Shown here: one piece after another, positions 5,970-6,995 of the stretch
How the letters are laid out: the number at the start of each line of letters is the position of its first letter
Position numbering within the stretch: position 1 is the stretch's first letter
NCBI GenBank assembly: GCA_963621925.1
Contig: CAVFGF010000020.1
Coordinates: 20,882-27,876 of the forward strand
Direction: 5' to 3'
From: Alistipes onderdonkii
GTDB lineage: Bacteria; Bacillota; Clostridia; Lachnospirales; Lachnospiraceae
DNA: 6,995 nucleotides
Made by a program: the position numbers and the translations under genes
The notes under the pieces: generated by a model
Told to the model about the DNA's origin: nothing
What the model saw: only the letters and a program-made list of their open reading frames with translations
The model's database searches: none

Positions 5970-6995
5970 CTACAAATATCCTCGCAGGCCCTCCAGGTCC
6001 TCCGCTGTCGTCGACCAGCTGGTGGCGAAACGCACGACTGTATGGGTATCATCTGCCTTCTCCCAAAAGCTGACTGCGACATGCTTCTTCAGTTCTTCTA
6101 GTTGTTTGTTTTCCATAATTACAAATTGTTGATTTGTCGGTGACTCCAGATAAAATCGAAGATTTTTCTCATGAAGCAGTTTTTTCAGCTCCTCCGCCTT
6201 CTCAATGGCATTCCGACTGATATTCAGATAAAGATTCCCGGTAAATAATTCATCAAACTGAATGCCAAGAAGCCTCCCTTTTGCCAAAAGCGCTCCCTGC
6301 TGTTTGATCCGTGTCATAAAATGCTTCGGCGGATTTCCCTTCGGAAATACAACGGCCTCGCCGCAAAGAGCCCCTACCTTCGTGCCTCCGATATAAAAAG
6401 CATCACAAATCCTTGCTATTTCCGGCAATGTCAGATCATTTTCTGCACTCATCAGACCGTATCCGAGACGTGCGCCGTCCAGATAGAGCGGTATCTCATA
6501 GGTGTGACATATCTCGGCAATGGCCTCAAGTTCCCTCTTCGTATAAAGCGTACCGTACTCTGTCGGCCAGGACACATATACCATTCCCGGAAATACCATA
6601 TGCTCATGATTCCCATCCGCATAAAATGTCTCCAGATAATCCTTCAGCTCATCCGCAGCAATCTTTCCCTCATGCTCGGGCAAAGTCAGTACCTTGTGTC
6701 CGGTATTTTCGATGGCACCGGCCTCATGTATGCTCACATGACCGGTCTGGGCCGCCACCACACCTTCATAGGACTGCAGCATAGACGCGATCATCACTGC
6801 GTTGGTTTGGGTTCCGCCTACCAGAAATTCCACAGCTGCGTCCGGACACTCGATGGCCTCCCGAATTTTTTTTCTCGCATTTTCACAATATACATCCGTT
6901 CCATATCCTGACAGCGGCTCAAAATTAGTCTCCGCCAGTCTCTGCAAAATACGTGGATGCGCCCCTGCTGAATAATCATTTTCGAATGAAATCAT
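5970..6995 (-). CDS. ltaE: Threonine aldolase family (beta-eliminating lyase fold) PLP-dependent enzyme, likely low-specificity L-threonine aldolase
   Basis: 341 aa. The N-terminus MISFENDYSAGAHPRIL is typical of this family, as are VGGTQTNA, LYLDGARL and GGTKVGA (candidate PLP lysine). The ATG sits exactly at the window edge (6993-6995), so a longer N-terminus cannot be formally excluded, but the length and N-terminal motif fit a complete protein. The stop is TAG 5970-5972. Confidence 0.8.
   Translation of the reverse strand: MISFENDYSAGAHPRILQRLAETNFEPLSGYGTDVYCENARKKIREAIECPDAAVEFLVGGTQTNAVMIASMLQSYEGVVAAQTGHVSIHEAGAIENTGHKVLTLPEHEGKIAADELKDYLETFYADGNHEHMVFPGMVYVSWPTEYGTLYTKRELEAIAEICHTYEIPLYLDGARLGYGLMSAENDLTLPEIARICDAFYIGGTKVGALCGEAVVFPKGNPPKHFMTRIKQQGALLAKGRLLGIQFDELFTGNLYLNISRNAIEKAEELKKLLHEKNLRFYLESPTNQQFVIMENKQLEELKKHVAVSFWEKADDTHTVVRFATSWSTTAEDLEGLRGYL

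Noticed and set aside
3748-6911. Plus-strand ORFs antisense to the kinase, decarboxylase and aldolase genes (for example 3748-4149, 4547-4879, 5705-5968, 6321-6911 and 6413-6784), plus the minus-strand alternate-frame ORF 3774-4025.
   Set aside because: The reasoning is the same. Their composition is not protein-like, they lack motifs and start context, and they are nested entirely within well-supported CDSs.
4332-6995. The idea that the aldolase/decarboxylase/kinase trio is a threonine-phosphate (cobamide aminopropanol linker) type pathway.
   Set aside because: The known enzymes for that route are a GHMP-type threonine kinase (PduX) and an aminotransferase-fold decarboxylase (CobD). Neither family matches the OKR-type decarboxylase or the guanylate-kinase fold seen here, and no cobamide genes are in the window. 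The idea is unsupported.
1-6995. A whole-window search for CRISPR repeats, tRNA/rRNA genes, IS/transposase or integrase genes, toxin-antitoxin pairs, defence-system-type genes, and long direct or inverted repeats.
   Set aside because: None were seen by reading both strands. Every ORF of 180 aa or more with protein-like sequence is accounted for by a conserved housekeeping family. The only strong hairpin is the terminator at 129-159.

Overview
The window holds seven tightly packed CDSs, all on the minus strand, plus the 3' tail of one convergent plus-strand gene. It looks like a housekeeping chromosomal segment of a Firmicutes/Clostridia-type genome (Lachnospiraceae-like protein sequences; GC near 50% judged by eye, not computed). 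In minus-strand transcription order (high to low coordinates) the genes are: a threonine-aldolase-family PLP enzyme; a YaaO-type Orn/Lys/Arg-family PLP decarboxylase; a divergent guanylate-kinase-fold protein; an 89-nt AT-rich gap with a candidate promoter; holB (DNA polymerase III delta'); ricT/yaaT (PSP1-domain Fe-S protein); a YabB/TrmN6-type N6-adenine methyltransferase; rsmI; and a bidirectional hairpin terminator. This is a compact version of the conserved Bacillus-type yaaO-tmk-...-holB-yaaT-yabA-yabB-yazA-rsmI neighbourhood. I see no mobile element, CRISPR array, RNA gene, defence-type gene or large repeat, and I cannot support a claim of a novel system here. The most unusual feature is that a guanylate-kinase-fold paralog, not thymidylate kinase, sits in the slot after the decarboxylase and appears translationally coupled to it. 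The other observations are modest: accessory genes of the cluster are missing, RicT has a basic C-terminal tail, and the decarboxylase carries low-complexity inserts. All long plus-strand ORFs in the track are antisense shadows of the minus-strand genes.
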